Assembly (NCBI GenBank): GCA_963757525.1
Contig: CAVWRM010000001.1
Location: 3,591,862-3,655,861, forward strand
Length of the DNA: 64,000 bases
From: an uncultured Gemmatimonadales bacterium
Lineage (GTDB): Bacteria > Gemmatimonadota > Gemmatimonadetes > Gemmatimonadales > GWC2-71-9
Direction: 5' to 3'
Shown: positions 1 through 9,769 of the stretch, piece after piece
Layout: the number at the start of each line of letters is the position of its first letter
Position numbering within the stretch: position 1 is the stretch's first letter
Translations under genes and position numbers: made by a program
The notes under the pieces: model-generated
What the model was told of the DNA's origin: nothing
Databases searched by the model: none
The model's input: only the letters and a program-made list of their open reading frames with translations

Positions 1-122
1 CCGCGTCGCCCAGCTTTCCGTAAGGCACATCGAGATGCCATTGGCAGACCAGCATACCCCTCCCGGCCGGCGGGGGCGCCGCCTATGTTGTCGAGTGAAA
101 CGGTAATCCGGTGCGCCCGACG

Positions 123-344
123 ATGAACGCCTCTCGCGAAGCTCGCCTCAAGCCTGAATACGCCCACCTGTATCCCGGCCTCACGCCCGGCGTCTGGTAC
201 AAGGCCGCCTGGTTATCCGCTCGTCAGTTCGCGCGGGAACCCAGCGACGGTGGGGCCGCCTCCATCGCCCGTATGGTCGACGAGAACCACTTCGAATTCC
301 GCGGCGGCAGGCCGCGCCGCGGAGAGCAATCCAGCTCCGGCTAG
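123..344 (+). CDS. small hypothetical protein (REARLKPEYAHLYP...HFEFRGG type)
   Basis: ATG at 123, protein-like composition, converges on the MOSC-DinB gene with a 4-bp overlap. Confidence 0.7.
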   Translation: MNASREARLKPEYAHLYPGLTPGVWYKAAWLSARQFAREPSDGGAASIARMVDENHFEFRGGRPRRGEQSSSG

Positions 345-1306
345 ATCCCGTACCGCGTCCGTAGAGTGTCGAGGTGGTGCCGTTCGTGCCCCGCGATGAT
401 ATACGCCAGCGCCCGTACCGAGATCGCCACTCCGTTGGCGGTCCCCCGCCGGATCCAGGCCTCGGGCGCGAGCCCGCCGAACATCGTGACACTCGCCTTC
501 CGAACCGCGACCCATTCCTCGATGAGTGCATCCAGGCCGAGATCGTCGAAGCGCGCCACGGGGACATAGGCGTTCTCGTCGAAGCCGGGCAGTGGCGTCT
601 CGTCGCCGCGGGCGATCCGGAGCGCCCGATAGGCGAAGATCCGCTCCGTGTCGCTCAGATGGCCGATGACCTGCTTGATGCTCCACTTGCCCGGCTGGTA
701 CCGAAAAGAGCCCCGCTCTCCTGGGATGTTGGCGAGCACCGCGGCCGTGCTCTCCCGCTGCGCCGCCAGGAGCGCGACGATGTCGGCTTCGGGTGGCACG
801 CGGCCGATATACTGGCCGTAGTAGGGGTCGTACTCGTTTTCCACCGGCGGGGCGGTGACACCGTGCTCCCAGGCCACCGGGGCGCCCACGGCGATCGCTC
901 CACCCTCGAGCACCTCGGCGAACGCGCCGCCGCCCCAATCGCTCTTCATGGCGCCGCGCAATCCCGGCAGGGCCTCATCCATCCGCTCGCAGGGACGGGT
1001 CTCGCCGAGAATCCGGAGGCGGCAGTCGCCGATACGCAGCGTGCGATAGGTGGTGCGTGCGAGGGAGAGTCCGCTGACCATCACGTTGGCCCGGCGCGCC
1101 CCGGGCGAGACATCGCCACCGAGCTCCCGCATCAGCCGTTCCCACACTTCCCGTTCGATCAGGGTCACCTGGCGCCGGCGACCCTGATCCGCGCTGCCGA
1201 CGACCCCCCGCCCGGCCGCCAGCTCGGCATCGGGTACCGGGTCCATGGGACCGCGGTGGGCGCGCTTGATCCAGATCGCTTCGACCCGCCCCGTCGCCTC
1301 GGTCAT
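341..1306 (-). CDS. MOSC domain-DinB family fusion protein
   Basis: N-half RQVTLIE...RRANV...TRPCERM (MOSC); C-half YQPGKWSIKQVIGHLSDTE...HERHH (DinB). Confidence 0.85.
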   Translation of the reverse strand: MTEATGRVEAIWIKRAHRGPMDPVPDAELAAGRGVVGSADQGRRRQVTLIEREVWERLMRELGGDVSPGARRANVMVSGLSLARTTYRTLRIGDCRLRILGETRPCERMDEALPGLRGAMKSDWGGGAFAEVLEGGAIAVGAPVAWEHGVTAPPVENEYDPYYGQYIGRVPPEADIVALLAAQRESTAAVLANIPGERGSFRYQPGKWSIKQVIGHLSDTERIFAYRALRIARGDETPLPGFDENAYVPVARFDDLGLDALIEEWVAVRKASVTMFGGLAPEAWIRRGTANGVAISVRALAYIIAGHERHHLDTLRTRYGI

Positions 1307-1321
1307 CTCACCATCTCCGTC

Positions 1322-1606
1322 TTATCCCTCGCTCCCCAACATGTTTCGCCGGCGATAGCTGCCGCACGGGGGATCCCCGATGCGCGCCCCGGCCGGAGTG
1401 GGCGGCACCCACGCATCCACGCGCGCGCTGTCGGCGGCGGTGACGGCGCCGTGGTACCGGTCGCGGCACTCCGAGAGAACGGTGCTCAGCTCCGCCCGCA
1501 TCCGCTGCACGTTGCGTCCCCGCGCGACGAGCCTGATTCCGGCCCCGAGCGCCACGGCGAACAGGACGAGCGCAAGGACCAGGAGTTTCGAGCCGCCCCG
1601 GCTCAC
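1322..1606 (-). CDS. small membrane-anchored hypothetical protein
   Basis: GTG start overlapping upstream TGA (GTGA); N-terminal hydrophobic helix LLVLALVLFAVALGAG. Confidence 0.6.
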   Translation of the reverse strand: MSRGGSKLLVLALVLFAVALGAGIRLVARGRNVQRMRAELSTVLSECRDRYHGAVTAADSARVDAWVPPTPAGARIGDPPCGSYRRRNMLGSEG

Positions 1607-2082
1607 TGCGCCTCGAGCCGCGCGACCGGCCCGTGCTGCCCCAGCAGGTCGAGCCCCCGGGACGAGAGTCGATAGGCGCGCGTCTGGTCCAGTGCGGCCA
1701 CGAAGCCCTGCTCCAGCTCCATGCCCTTGGCGCACGCCATCCTGGTCATGGCAATCGGACCGAGCCGCAGGCTGTCTCCGCTGACCTCGTACGTCCCCGC
1801 TATCCCGTTGCACCCCGCGAATCCCTCGACCCGCTTCCCGTCCAGCGTCAGCTCGAGCGTGGCCACTTTTCCGTCGTTGCCCAGCGGCGCCGGTTTGCCG
1901 TCCAATTCGGTGAGCCGCCAGGTCGTCCCGACGAGCATCGGCTCCTGCGCCACCCCTGAGTCGGCCTCAGCCGCAGGACGCGAGGAGTCGGCGCGGCCGG
2001 ACGCCGAGTTGCCGCGGTCCGTCCCTCCGCACGCCAGCGAGACGGCTAGGAAGCAGGGCCAGAACATGCACAAGGTATTCAT
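1603..2082 (-). CDS. META domain (HslJ-like) lipoprotein
   Basis: lipobox-like SLAC; LVGTTWRLTELDG, GFAGCN, IAMTRMAC motifs. Confidence 0.85.
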   Translation of the reverse strand: MNTLCMFWPCFLAVSLACGGTDRGNSASGRADSSRPAAEADSGVAQEPMLVGTTWRLTELDGKPAPLGNDGKVATLELTLDGKRVEGFAGCNGIAGTYEVSGDSLRLGPIAMTRMACAKGMELEQGFVAALDQTRAYRLSSRGLDLLGQHGPVARLEAQ

Positions 2083-2110
2083 GGAGCGTCCTCGTGGACG
2101 GGATGGCGGC

Positions 2111-2857
2111 CTAGGCGAGCCGGGCGGCACGGATCACCATCGGCCAGGTGACCCGCCGGCGGGTCTCGCGATCGCCCCACTGGGACTGGAGGCGCGCGCC
2201 CAGGGATGACAATGGGTCCTTGCCTCTCGCGACGCGATACCTGGTTACCGCCGACCACGTACCAACGTATCCGAGCACCTCGGCGAGGGTCCAGTCCGCC
2301 GCCATCACGAAATCGGTAGCCGGCAGCTCATCGAAAGGAAAGGGAACGTCCCGGTACCGCTCGTCGACCAGCCTGCGTTGGGATGGCCAGAAGTCGCCCA
2401 CCTCACCGTCGTAGAAATCGCGGACGATCTCGTCGAGACTCCTGTCGCCGAGCTGCATGAGATCGTAACTCCACACCGCGATGGCGCCATCGGGCACCAC
2501 CACGCGGCGCACTTCCGCGTAGAAGGTGTCGTGGTCGAACCAGTGGAGCGCCTGCGCGACGATCACGAGGTCGACGCAGCGAGGCGCGAGAGGCGCCTGT
2601 TCCGCGGAGGATACGATCCGGCACAGTCCGCGGCCGCTCGCCGCGGCGAGCTGGGACCGGCTGATATCCGTGGCGATGACGGATTCGAAGTGAGAACACA
2701 GGGCCAGGGCTGCCTGTCCACTCCCGGCGCCGCAGTCCCACACGCGGCGGCGCTGAGCGGGCAGCCCGGCCAGGTAGGTGAAGAGCGCCGGGGGATAGGT
2801 CGGGCGATAGGCGGCGTAGGCGTCCGCGACGGTCGAGAAGTGGTCGGTATGGGTCAA
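2111..2857 (-). CDS. class I SAM-dependent methyltransferase
   Basis: DHFS..A..YA.YRPTYP, WDCGAGSGQ, AQALHWFD. Confidence 0.9.
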   Translation of the reverse strand: MTHTDHFSTVADAYAAYRPTYPPALFTYLAGLPAQRRRVWDCGAGSGQAALALCSHFESVIATDISRSQLAAASGRGLCRIVSSAEQAPLAPRCVDLVIVAQALHWFDHDTFYAEVRRVVVPDGAIAVWSYDLMQLGDRSLDEIVRDFYDGEVGDFWPSQRRLVDERYRDVPFPFDELPATDFVMAADWTLAEVLGYVGTWSAVTRYRVARGKDPLSSLGARLQSQWGDRETRRRVTWPMVIRAARLA

Positions 2858-2934
2858 CCGTGTCTACCTTTCGAGCTCGGATGAAGCATAGCCGGTTCTC
2901 TCGAACGTCATGATCCGGAAGGAATATCGCTCCA

Positions 2935-3441
2935 ATGAAGTCCGACGAGCTTCGGGCACGCCAGGGGCCGCTCAAGGAACGGTATCGGTCGGATCCCGCC
3001 GCTGCCCTCATCACTCTTCGCGCGGTAGGCAAGATCGGGGGACCGGGCATCAGCTGCCGGGTCGAGACCGGCCGCGCGCTGGTCGAGGCAGGGCTGCACC
3101 CGGCCACCGGCGGCTCGGGGCTCGATGCGTGCTCGGGGGACATGCTCCTCGAGGCACTCGCCGCCTGCGCCGGTGTGACGCTCAGCGCCGTGGCGACGTC
3201 GCTCGCGATCGGGGTCGAAGGGGGGACCATCGTGGCGGAGGGCGATCTGGACTTCCGGGGCACCCTCGGCGTAGCCAAGGACGTGGCCGTGGGCTTTCGC
3301 GAAATCAGGCTCCGCTTCGAGCTCGTGACTCAGGCGACGGCGGAACAGCTCGAGACCCTGCTCCGCCTGACCGAGCGCTACTGCGTGGTGCTACAGACCC
3401 TGCGGACGCCGCCGACGGTCACGGTCACGCGGGCTGCTTAG
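2935..3441 (+). CDS. OsmC family protein
   Basis: CSGDMLLEALAAC...GDLDFRGTLGV...TERYCVV. Confidence 0.9.
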   Translation: MKSDELRARQGPLKERYRSDPAAALITLRAVGKIGGPGISCRVETGRALVEAGLHPATGGSGLDACSGDMLLEALAACAGVTLSAVATSLAIGVEGGTIVAEGDLDFRGTLGVAKDVAVGFREIRLRFELVTQATAEQLETLLRLTERYCVVLQTLRTPPTVTVTRAA

Positions 3442-4046
3442 GGCGTTCCGCGCTTCAGCTCCTTGAGACTGTAGTTGTGCTTCACCGTCCAGGTCCCGGG
3501 AGCCGCGGGATCGGGAATCTCGACCAAACCGTTCGTGGCCGCGGCGAGCGACAGGGCGAACCGCTCGCGGATCCGGCGGCGCGGCCGCCCCTTCGCATCC
3601 ACCGTGGTGATCGTCGTGCTCACCACCGGGATCGCCACGCCGGAGATCAGATCCTCGCCCAGGGCGCCGGTCTCATAGAGAACGCTGTCCCCTCTCGACG
3701 TCACGATCGACAGCGTCATGTCCGGGCCCACCGGCCGCGAAACGGACCAATCCTTGTCTCCCGCCTCCGAGCGGTAGAGCGTATCGCCCGAAACGCAGAC
3801 CCTACTTCGCTCGGGATTCGGATCCGATGGCCGCCGCCGGATAGTCATGCTCGCGCAATCCGCGTTGGGACGGAACGGCTGGCCGGTCTGCACCGAATCC
3901 ACGATCAACGGGGGCTGCGCCCGCCCGTCGGTGAAGTAAAAGAGCTGCGCGCCCGGGTTCAACTGGGAAGCCACCGTGCTTCCCTGCTGCGGCAGCGCGA
4001 CCGAAAGCGCCGCCATCGCGGCACAGACCGTCATGGAAGCGTTCAC
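3438..4046 (-). CDS. secreted hypothetical protein
   Basis: GTGA overlap with upstream gene; signal-peptide-like N-terminus; beta-rich body. Confidence 0.6.
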   Translation of the reverse strand: MNASMTVCAAMAALSVALPQQGSTVASQLNPGAQLFYFTDGRAQPPLIVDSVQTGQPFRPNADCASMTIRRRPSDPNPERSRVCVSGDTLYRSEAGDKDWSVSRPVGPDMTLSIVTSRGDSVLYETGALGEDLISGVAIPVVSTTITTVDAKGRPRRRIRERFALSLAAATNGLVEIPDPAAPGTWTVKHNYSLKELKRGTP

Positions 4047-4495
4047 GGCACCTCCACGCGCAAAGGTTGCGTGGTCACCACGACCGTATGACTGCTCGGA
4101 TCCCAGCGCCCCACCCAGATCTCGTACGGGCCGGGCGCCAGCGGACCGAACTCGGCTTCGTAGACCACCTGCCGCCAGCCGGGCGCCGGCGAGGTGGTCT
4201 GCACGGTCTGTCCCGGCACCGAATCGAACAGTGTCAGTCGAAGCGTGCCCCGCTGGGTCGAGTCCACGTCGCCGTAGAGACCGCCATCCGTGCGCTGCTG
4301 ATCCACTCCCCGGATGGTGATGACTCCATCCAACAGGAGCAGCGTCGGCGCACCCGTGTCGGAAGGAGCAGCGTCCCGAAGAACGCGGAAACCGGACGCC
4401 GATACCGGTGGCGGCATCGGCGGCGGATGATGGGCGCACGCGACGATCGCAGCGATGACCGCCGGCGCCACTACCCTAGGCCACGCCATCGCCAT
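4043..4495 (-). CDS. hypothetical lipoprotein
   Basis: hydrophobic N-terminus ending AIVAC, Pro-rich linker. Confidence 0.65.
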   Translation of the reverse strand: MAMAWPRVVAPAVIAAIVACAHHPPPMPPPVSASGFRVLRDAAPSDTGAPTLLLLDGVITIRGVDQQRTDGGLYGDVDSTQRGTLRLTLFDSVPGQTVQTTSPAPGWRQVVYEAEFGPLAPGPYEIWVGRWDPSSHTVVVTTQPLRVEVP

Positions 4496-4799
4496 CCGGC
4501 GTACTCAACACATCGAAGTGGGTCACCGTCGGCTCGAGCTCCAGCAGAAAGCCGGTGTCTGCCGGATAGTATCGGGCGCGCTCGATGTCGTCTCCGGCAA
4601 ATGCGCGAATGCTTTCCAGCGTGTCCCACAGGCTCGTGAGCAGAAAGTGGGCCACGTCGCCCTCGAGGCGCTTGAAGACGTAGACACCCATGTTGCCCGG
4701 CGTCCGACGATAGTCCGGGATACCCGTCCGCAGCAGATACTCGTAGTACTCCTCCGCGCGTCCGGCCGGTACCCGGCCGTGCCACGTTCGTGCAATCAT
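4476..4799 (-). CDS. antibiotic biosynthesis monooxygenase (ABM) family protein
   Basis: MIARTWHG...TPGN.G...WDTLESIRAFAG...ARYYP. Confidence 0.85.
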   Translation of the reverse strand: MIARTWHGRVPAGRAEEYYEYLLRTGIPDYRRTPGNMGVYVFKRLEGDVAHFLLTSLWDTLESIRAFAGDDIERARYYPADTGFLLELEPTVTHFDVLSTPDGDGVA

Positions 4800-4812
4800 C
4801 GTCGCGACTCGG

Positions 4813-5322
4813 TCATGGGACGTACCGGGCCACGGCCATGGCCGCGGTCGCGAGCACCAGCAGCAGGGAGGCGAACCTCGTCAGCGTGGCCGTGCGGGCC
4901 TGCAGCGACTGCATCTCGGCCACGGCCTCCGGTGCGGGCGGGCCTCCTCCCGTGCGCATCGAGGCCGCCAGCATTCCCAGCCGTCGGGTTGCCGGTGAGA
5001 TGATCACCATCCCGAGGACCGCGACGACGATGCCCAGCAGAGCGCCGGTGCTGAACACGATGCCAGGGCCGGTGCGCATCCATGCCCCGCTGAAGCCGGC
5101 CGAGTCGCGCCAGTACAGCGCGATCCCCGAGAGGATCGTGAGAATTATGGCACCCATCATGTAGAGGGGCAGACGGCGGACCTGGCCGATCTGCTCCATG
5201 ACCGGACCGGCCGCCGGCCCGACCGCCCGCAGGCTGGGCATGAGGAAGAACGCGGTAAAGAGCGCGGCCCCCACCCAGAACGCCCCGGCGAGAATGTGAA
5301 TCAAGCGATACACGAAGATCAT
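4813..5322 (-). CDS. four-TM membrane protein (DUF2269/CopD-like)
   Basis: RLIHILAGAFWVG motif, four hydrophobic segments. Confidence 0.7.
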   Translation of the reverse strand: MIFVYRLIHILAGAFWVGAALFTAFFLMPSLRAVGPAAGPVMEQIGQVRRLPLYMMGAIILTILSGIALYWRDSAGFSGAWMRTGPGIVFSTGALLGIVVAVLGMVIISPATRRLGMLAASMRTGGGPPAPEAVAEMQSLQARTATLTRFASLLLVLATAAMAVARYVP

Positions 5323-5367
5323 GGTCCTGCCTTCCGTGTCTGCGGATGAAGGAGCGGGGGTGCGGGC

Positions 5368-6654
5368 TCAGCCGAGGGGGCGGTCGATCGCGGAACTCTG
5401 CGCCGTGAAGAAGCGGGGACCATCGGCCGTCAGATGGAGGCAGTCCTCGAGGCGGATGCCGAACTCCCCGTAGATCACGATGGTTGGCTCGTCGCTGAAG
5501 CACATTCCCGGCGCCAGAACGGTGGTGTCGCCCCGCACGAAGTTCGGGGACTCGTGGCCATCCATGCCGATGCCGTGTCCCGTCCGGTGCGGCAGACCCG
5601 GCACCTTGTACCCCGGTCCGAATCCGGCGTCCGTGATCACCTTCCGCGCCGCGGCATCCACCGACTGGCAGGTCGCCCCGATCCGCGCCGCGGCGAATGC
5701 CGCGTCCTGGGCGCGGCGCTCGAGGTTCCAGATCTCGGTTTGCCGCGCCGTGGGCGGGCCGAAGACGGTGGTCCGGGTAATGTCGGACTGGTAGCCTTCC
5801 ACCGCGCACCCCGCATCCATGAGGACGATGTCGCCCTCGCGCAGGTGCTGGCTCGCGTTGGTGCCGTGGGGATAGGCCGATGCGACGCCGAAGCCGACCA
5901 GCGCCCAGGGATCGGAACCCCCGAGTCGCTCGAGCGCGGCCATCATGGTGCTGGACAGCTCATGTTGCGTCATCCCCGGGCGCATCGTGGCGAACGCTGC
6001 GCGAAACGCGGCGATGGTGAGATCGCTGGCTCGTTGCATCAGGGCCAGCTCTGCATCGCTCTTGATCTTCCGGCACCCTACCGTGACATCGCGCGCGGCC
6101 ACCCATCGAGTCGCGGGGGCGGCGGTCCGGAGCCCGTCGGCCACGAAGAACCGTACCTGGCCTTCGACCCCGACCTGGCCGGTGGCGATGCGGCGGTCGT
6201 GGAGGACACCCGCCAGCACTGCGTACGGGCTCTCGTCCTCCTGCCAGACCCGGACCTCGGTCGATGAAGAGAGCCGTTCGCGCGCGCGGGCTTCCTCGAA
6301 AGCCGGAGAGATGCAGGCGAGGTCGCCGAGCCGTGGGAGCAGGATCAGGAACGGCCGCTCGGAGAGTCCCCACTGCACGCCGGTAAAATACGTCATGCTT
6401 GTGCCCGGCTCGAGCACGATCGCGTCGATCCGGTTGTCCGCCATGAGCCGGCGGGCCTTCTCCCGCCGCTCCTCCCGTTCCTGATCGGAGATGGGCACGA
6501 TGCCTTTCGTCATCGGGCTCAAGGCGCGAATCGAGGGCGCGAGGGTGCAGGGGTCGGGTGGATCGCTCGCGACGCCAGTCGGGTTCGCGGGCGACCAGGC
6601 CGCGGCGCCGACCAGGCCCGGCACCATGCCGACGAACGAGCGACGGTTCAGCAT
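5368..6654 (-). CDS. Tat-exported Xaa-Pro peptidase (M24B)
   Basis: NRRSF twin-Arg signal; D..GYQSDITRT, HRTGHGIG, EP, IRLED motifs. Confidence 0.9.
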   Translation of the reverse strand: MLNRRSFVGMVPGLVGAAAWSPANPTGVASDPPDPCTLAPSIRALSPMTKGIVPISDQEREERREKARRLMADNRIDAIVLEPGTSMTYFTGVQWGLSERPFLILLPRLGDLACISPAFEEARARERLSSSTEVRVWQEDESPYAVLAGVLHDRRIATGQVGVEGQVRFFVADGLRTAAPATRWVAARDVTVGCRKIKSDAELALMQRASDLTIAAFRAAFATMRPGMTQHELSSTMMAALERLGGSDPWALVGFGVASAYPHGTNASQHLREGDIVLMDAGCAVEGYQSDITRTTVFGPPTARQTEIWNLERRAQDAAFAAARIGATCQSVDAAARKVITDAGFGPGYKVPGLPHRTGHGIGMDGHESPNFVRGDTTVLAPGMCFSDEPTIVIYGEFGIRLEDCLHLTADGPRFFTAQSSAIDRPLG

Positions 6655-6756
6655 GTCCTCAGCCCTCCCGGAGTCGTGCGGGCCACGCGCCATGCCGGAT
6701 CGTCGGCCCGAACCATGTCCCCGCCGCGAGGCCTTCCACCAGCTGCCGCGGACAGG

Positions 6757-8325
6757 TCATTGCGACACGGGTCTCAGGTCCAGATCCTGGAAATCGAAAC
6801 TGAAGTCCACGTCCGGCGAAGCCGGAATCATCCGGGCCCGGTCGATGCTCCCATCGGGATTCAGGTCGAAGGTGAGGTAGGCATCGGCCCGGAGCTCACG
6901 GTCGCGCCACCGGACCAGGAACGAGTCGTGCTGCCAGTGCGACAGATCGCCGACCAGCGACGGGGAGTGTCCAAAGCGCATCACGAGCGCACCATTCTCC
7001 AGGGTCACCGACACGTCGCCGTACCACGCGTCGCGATAAGTGCCGGCGTAGCGTGCCAATGGCAGTGCGGGGCCGGACGTGGAATCGCGGCTCGCAGCCG
7101 CCTTCTGGGCGGCTTCGGCGAGCTGGGCTTTGCCCTGGGTCTCGAGCTTCGCGAAGATGCCGACGTAGTCCGGCGGCTTGGCGTCGAGATAGTAGTCCAG
7201 CGCCCGGAGGGTAATGGCATTGAAGGCGAGCCCGGACTCCTGATTGGTCAGCACCACCACGCCGAGCCGAAGATCAGGGATCATCGTCACCTTGGAGACG
7301 TACCCGGGAAGGCCGCCGGTGTGCTGCAGCAGCTTGTGCCCCCGATAATCCCGCACCCCCAGTCCCAGGGCATAGCCGCTGAAGTCGGCCTGCAGATGCG
7401 GGAGGCCGGGCGGCGGCGGATCGATCGGGACGGGCGTCACGTCCCGCCAGATCTGGACGGTGCTCGCCGGGGTGAAGATTCGCTCGCCGCCTGCGGTGCG
7501 GCCCGAATCGAGCTGCACCATCAGCCATTTGGCCATGTCCTCCGCCCCAGACATGATGCCGCCCGCCGGGTTGGTATTGTCGCTCAGGAACGGTGCCACG
7601 GGCCGGACCGTGTCGTTGACTTCGGCGTGCGGGGTGGCCACGTCGCCGCCGGCGCCGGCGCCCGAGTGAAGCACGTCGCTGTGCGTCATCCCCACCTTGG
7701 CCAGGATGCGGCTCCGTACGAAGTCTTCCCACGTGGTTCCACTCACCGCCTCGATCACCTCGCCCGCCACGAGGTACAGCACGTTGTCGTAGGCGTAGGC
7801 GCTGCGAAACGACGTGGCGGGCTTGATGAACCGGATTCTTCGGGCGATCTCCTTGCGGTCATACGTCGACGGCGGCCACCAGAGCAGGTCACCGGCGCCG
7901 AGTCCCAACCCGCTCCGGTGCACGAGGAGATCGCGCACGGTGAGCTCGTGGGTTACGAAGGGGTCGTACATCGCGAACCACGGCAGGTATCGAGTCACCG
8001 GCGCATCCCACTCGAGCTTGCCGTCCTCCACCAGCATGGCGACGGCCGTCGCCGTGAACACCTTGGTGTTGGAGGCGATCCCGAACCGGGTCTGCGGGTC
8101 CACCGGCGCGGAGTCGCCCAGGGTGCGCACGCCGTAGCCCCTCGCCAGCACCACCTTGCCGTCCTTGACGATGGCGACGGCGACGCCGGGCACGCGAAAG
8201 GTCCGCAGCACCTGCGTGACGTACGCGTCGAAGCGCGGAGGTGGACCCGCCCGTTGCGCCGATACCGGCGATGCCACGAGGGCCGACAGAAAGGGGAACG
8301 CGAACCGGTGCGGGCGGAAGTGCAT
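6757..8325 (-). CDS. secreted serine hydrolase (class C beta-lactamase-like) with DUF3471-like C-terminus
   Basis: SNTK (SxxK), YDN, HTG motifs; YAGTY.DAWYG tail; signal peptide. Confidence 0.9.
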   Translation of the reverse strand: MHFRPHRFAFPFLSALVASPVSAQRAGPPPRFDAYVTQVLRTFRVPGVAVAIVKDGKVVLARGYGVRTLGDSAPVDPQTRFGIASNTKVFTATAVAMLVEDGKLEWDAPVTRYLPWFAMYDPFVTHELTVRDLLVHRSGLGLGAGDLLWWPPSTYDRKEIARRIRFIKPATSFRSAYAYDNVLYLVAGEVIEAVSGTTWEDFVRSRILAKVGMTHSDVLHSGAGAGGDVATPHAEVNDTVRPVAPFLSDNTNPAGGIMSGAEDMAKWLMVQLDSGRTAGGERIFTPASTVQIWRDVTPVPIDPPPPGLPHLQADFSGYALGLGVRDYRGHKLLQHTGGLPGYVSKVTMIPDLRLGVVVLTNQESGLAFNAITLRALDYYLDAKPPDYVGIFAKLETQGKAQLAEAAQKAAASRDSTSGPALPLARYAGTYRDAWYGDVSVTLENGALVMRFGHSPSLVGDLSHWQHDSFLVRWRDRELRADAYLTFDLNPDGSIDRARMIPASPDVDFSFDFQDLDLRPVSQ

Positions 8326-8341
8326 GCGACCTCGCGATGGA

Positions 8342-9769
8342 TCAGTAGTCGTAGATCTCGATGCCGCCGACGCGATCGGCGGCGGAATAGTACACGGTGG
8401 CGAGCACCCTCGCCGCCTGACCCGAGCCGCGCACGTAGCAGGCACGGGCGACGGGGGTGTCCAGATAGGTCAGCAGGCCTGGAGGGAGCGCATCACAGGT
8501 CACCACCTCCCAGGACGACGCCGGCTCCATCTCCTCCCGCAGCTCCTTTCGCCATGCGGCCGTGATGAAGCGGCGAAAGCCCGGGGTGATGACGGACGTA
8601 TCGGCGGTGCCCTGCGCGAGGCGGCGCAGCACGGCCGGGGCCAGCGCCGCGACGGAATCGGGCGCGGGGTCGCGTGGGAGCGTCTGCGGCACCGCCAGCG
8701 CGGGCACCACGATCCCGGCAATGGCGAGGGACATCGCCCCGGGGTGTGAGCCGGCGAGATTCGAGAGCGCGACCACGGTCAAGTCGTACTCGGGGTACCG
8801 CTGAATGCTGGTCTGGAACCCCTGCCAGGCGCCCGTGTGTCCGATCTTGCGGTGGTCACGCTGCGGGACCAGAAACCATCCGGCCCCGTAGGGATAGGTC
8901 CCGATCCCGGCGATGGCCGCCGGGGTCCAGGCCGTCTGGAGGGCTCGCCGGCTGGGGCGCTCCTGGTGATTCAACGCCACCGCCCACCTGATGTAGTCTC
9001 CGAGCGAAAGGTAGAGCGAACCGTCGGCCGTGGTATTGAGCGACGGCGAGACCCACTCCTGGTTCGCGATGGCGCCGTCGACCAGCCGGTAGCCGGCCGC
9101 GCGGTTCGGGACGATGTCGGCCTCGCTGATGATACGGGCCGATGGCATGCTCAGCGGGCGAAACAGCGAATCGCGAAGGAGGTCGCCGTAGAACGTTCCC
9201 GTCGCGCGATGGATGAGGGCGCCGAGAAGGAGATAGCCGGTATTGCTGTAGCTCCATCGGGTGCCCGGCCGGAACGCCAGCGGAAGCGACGCCGCCATGC
9301 GGACGAGCCGGTCCTCGGTGTATTCGCGGTGAAGATCGACGGCGTCGTCGGTGTACTCTGGTATGCCGGACGTATGGGTGAGCAGATGCCTGATCGTGAT
9401 ACCGGCCCATCGCGCCCGCCCCTCGGGCAGGAGGCGGACGATCGGATCGTCAAGCGTGAAGCGCCCCTGTTCCGCCAGCATCAGGATAAGGGCGGCGGTG
9501 AACTGCTTGCCGATCGACCCCGACTGGTACACGGTGCTGTCAGAGGCGGCAACGCGCAGCTCCAGGTTGGCGTAGCCGTAGCCCTGCGCCATCATCACGC
9601 TGTCGCCCACCAATACCGCCACGGACATGCCCGGGATGTGCTGCCGCTCCATCTCGGCGTGGACGAATCGGTCGATGGAGTCGCGGGGGAACGGGGAGGT
9701 CTGCGCATCCGAATGGGAGGTCATGCCTGCCACGGCGACCAGGAGGGCCGACGCCGTCCGCGCGATCAA
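8342..9769 (-). CDS. secreted serine hydrolase (class C beta-lactamase-like)
   Basis: SIGK, LLTHTSG, YSN, HTG; TTG start in TTGA overlap. Confidence 0.9.
   Translation of the reverse strand: MIARTASALLVAVAGMTSHSDAQTSPFPRDSIDRFVHAEMERQHIPGMSVAVLVGDSVMMAQGYGYANLELRVAASDSTVYQSGSIGKQFTAALILMLAEQGRFTLDDPIVRLLPEGRARWAGITIRHLLTHTSGIPEYTDDAVDLHREYTEDRLVRMAASLPLAFRPGTRWSYSNTGYLLLGALIHRATGTFYGDLLRDSLFRPLSMPSARIISEADIVPNRAAGYRLVDGAIANQEWVSPSLNTTADGSLYLSLGDYIRWAVALNHQERPSRRALQTAWTPAAIAGIGTYPYGAGWFLVPQRDHRKIGHTGAWQGFQTSIQRYPEYDLTVVALSNLAGSHPGAMSLAIAGIVVPALAVPQTLPRDPAPDSVAALAPAVLRRLAQGTADTSVITPGFRRFITAAWRKELREEMEPASSWEVVTCDALPPGLLTYLDTPVARACYVRGSGQAARVLATVYYSAADRVGGIEIYDY

Noticed and set aside
89-120. 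TGTCGA upstream of the first small gene as a third ECF42 promoter
   Set aside because: No CG(A/T)C at 16-17 bp spacing
6676-8565. Long plus-strand ORF (and similar ones such as 374-1675, 16444-17835, 50104-51507)
   Set aside because: High-GC antisense shadows of well-supported genes
6757-9769. Calling the serine hydrolases bona fide beta-lactam resistance genes
   Set aside because: The motifs define only the fold; HTG in place of KTG and the extra domains fit peptidases or esterases equally well
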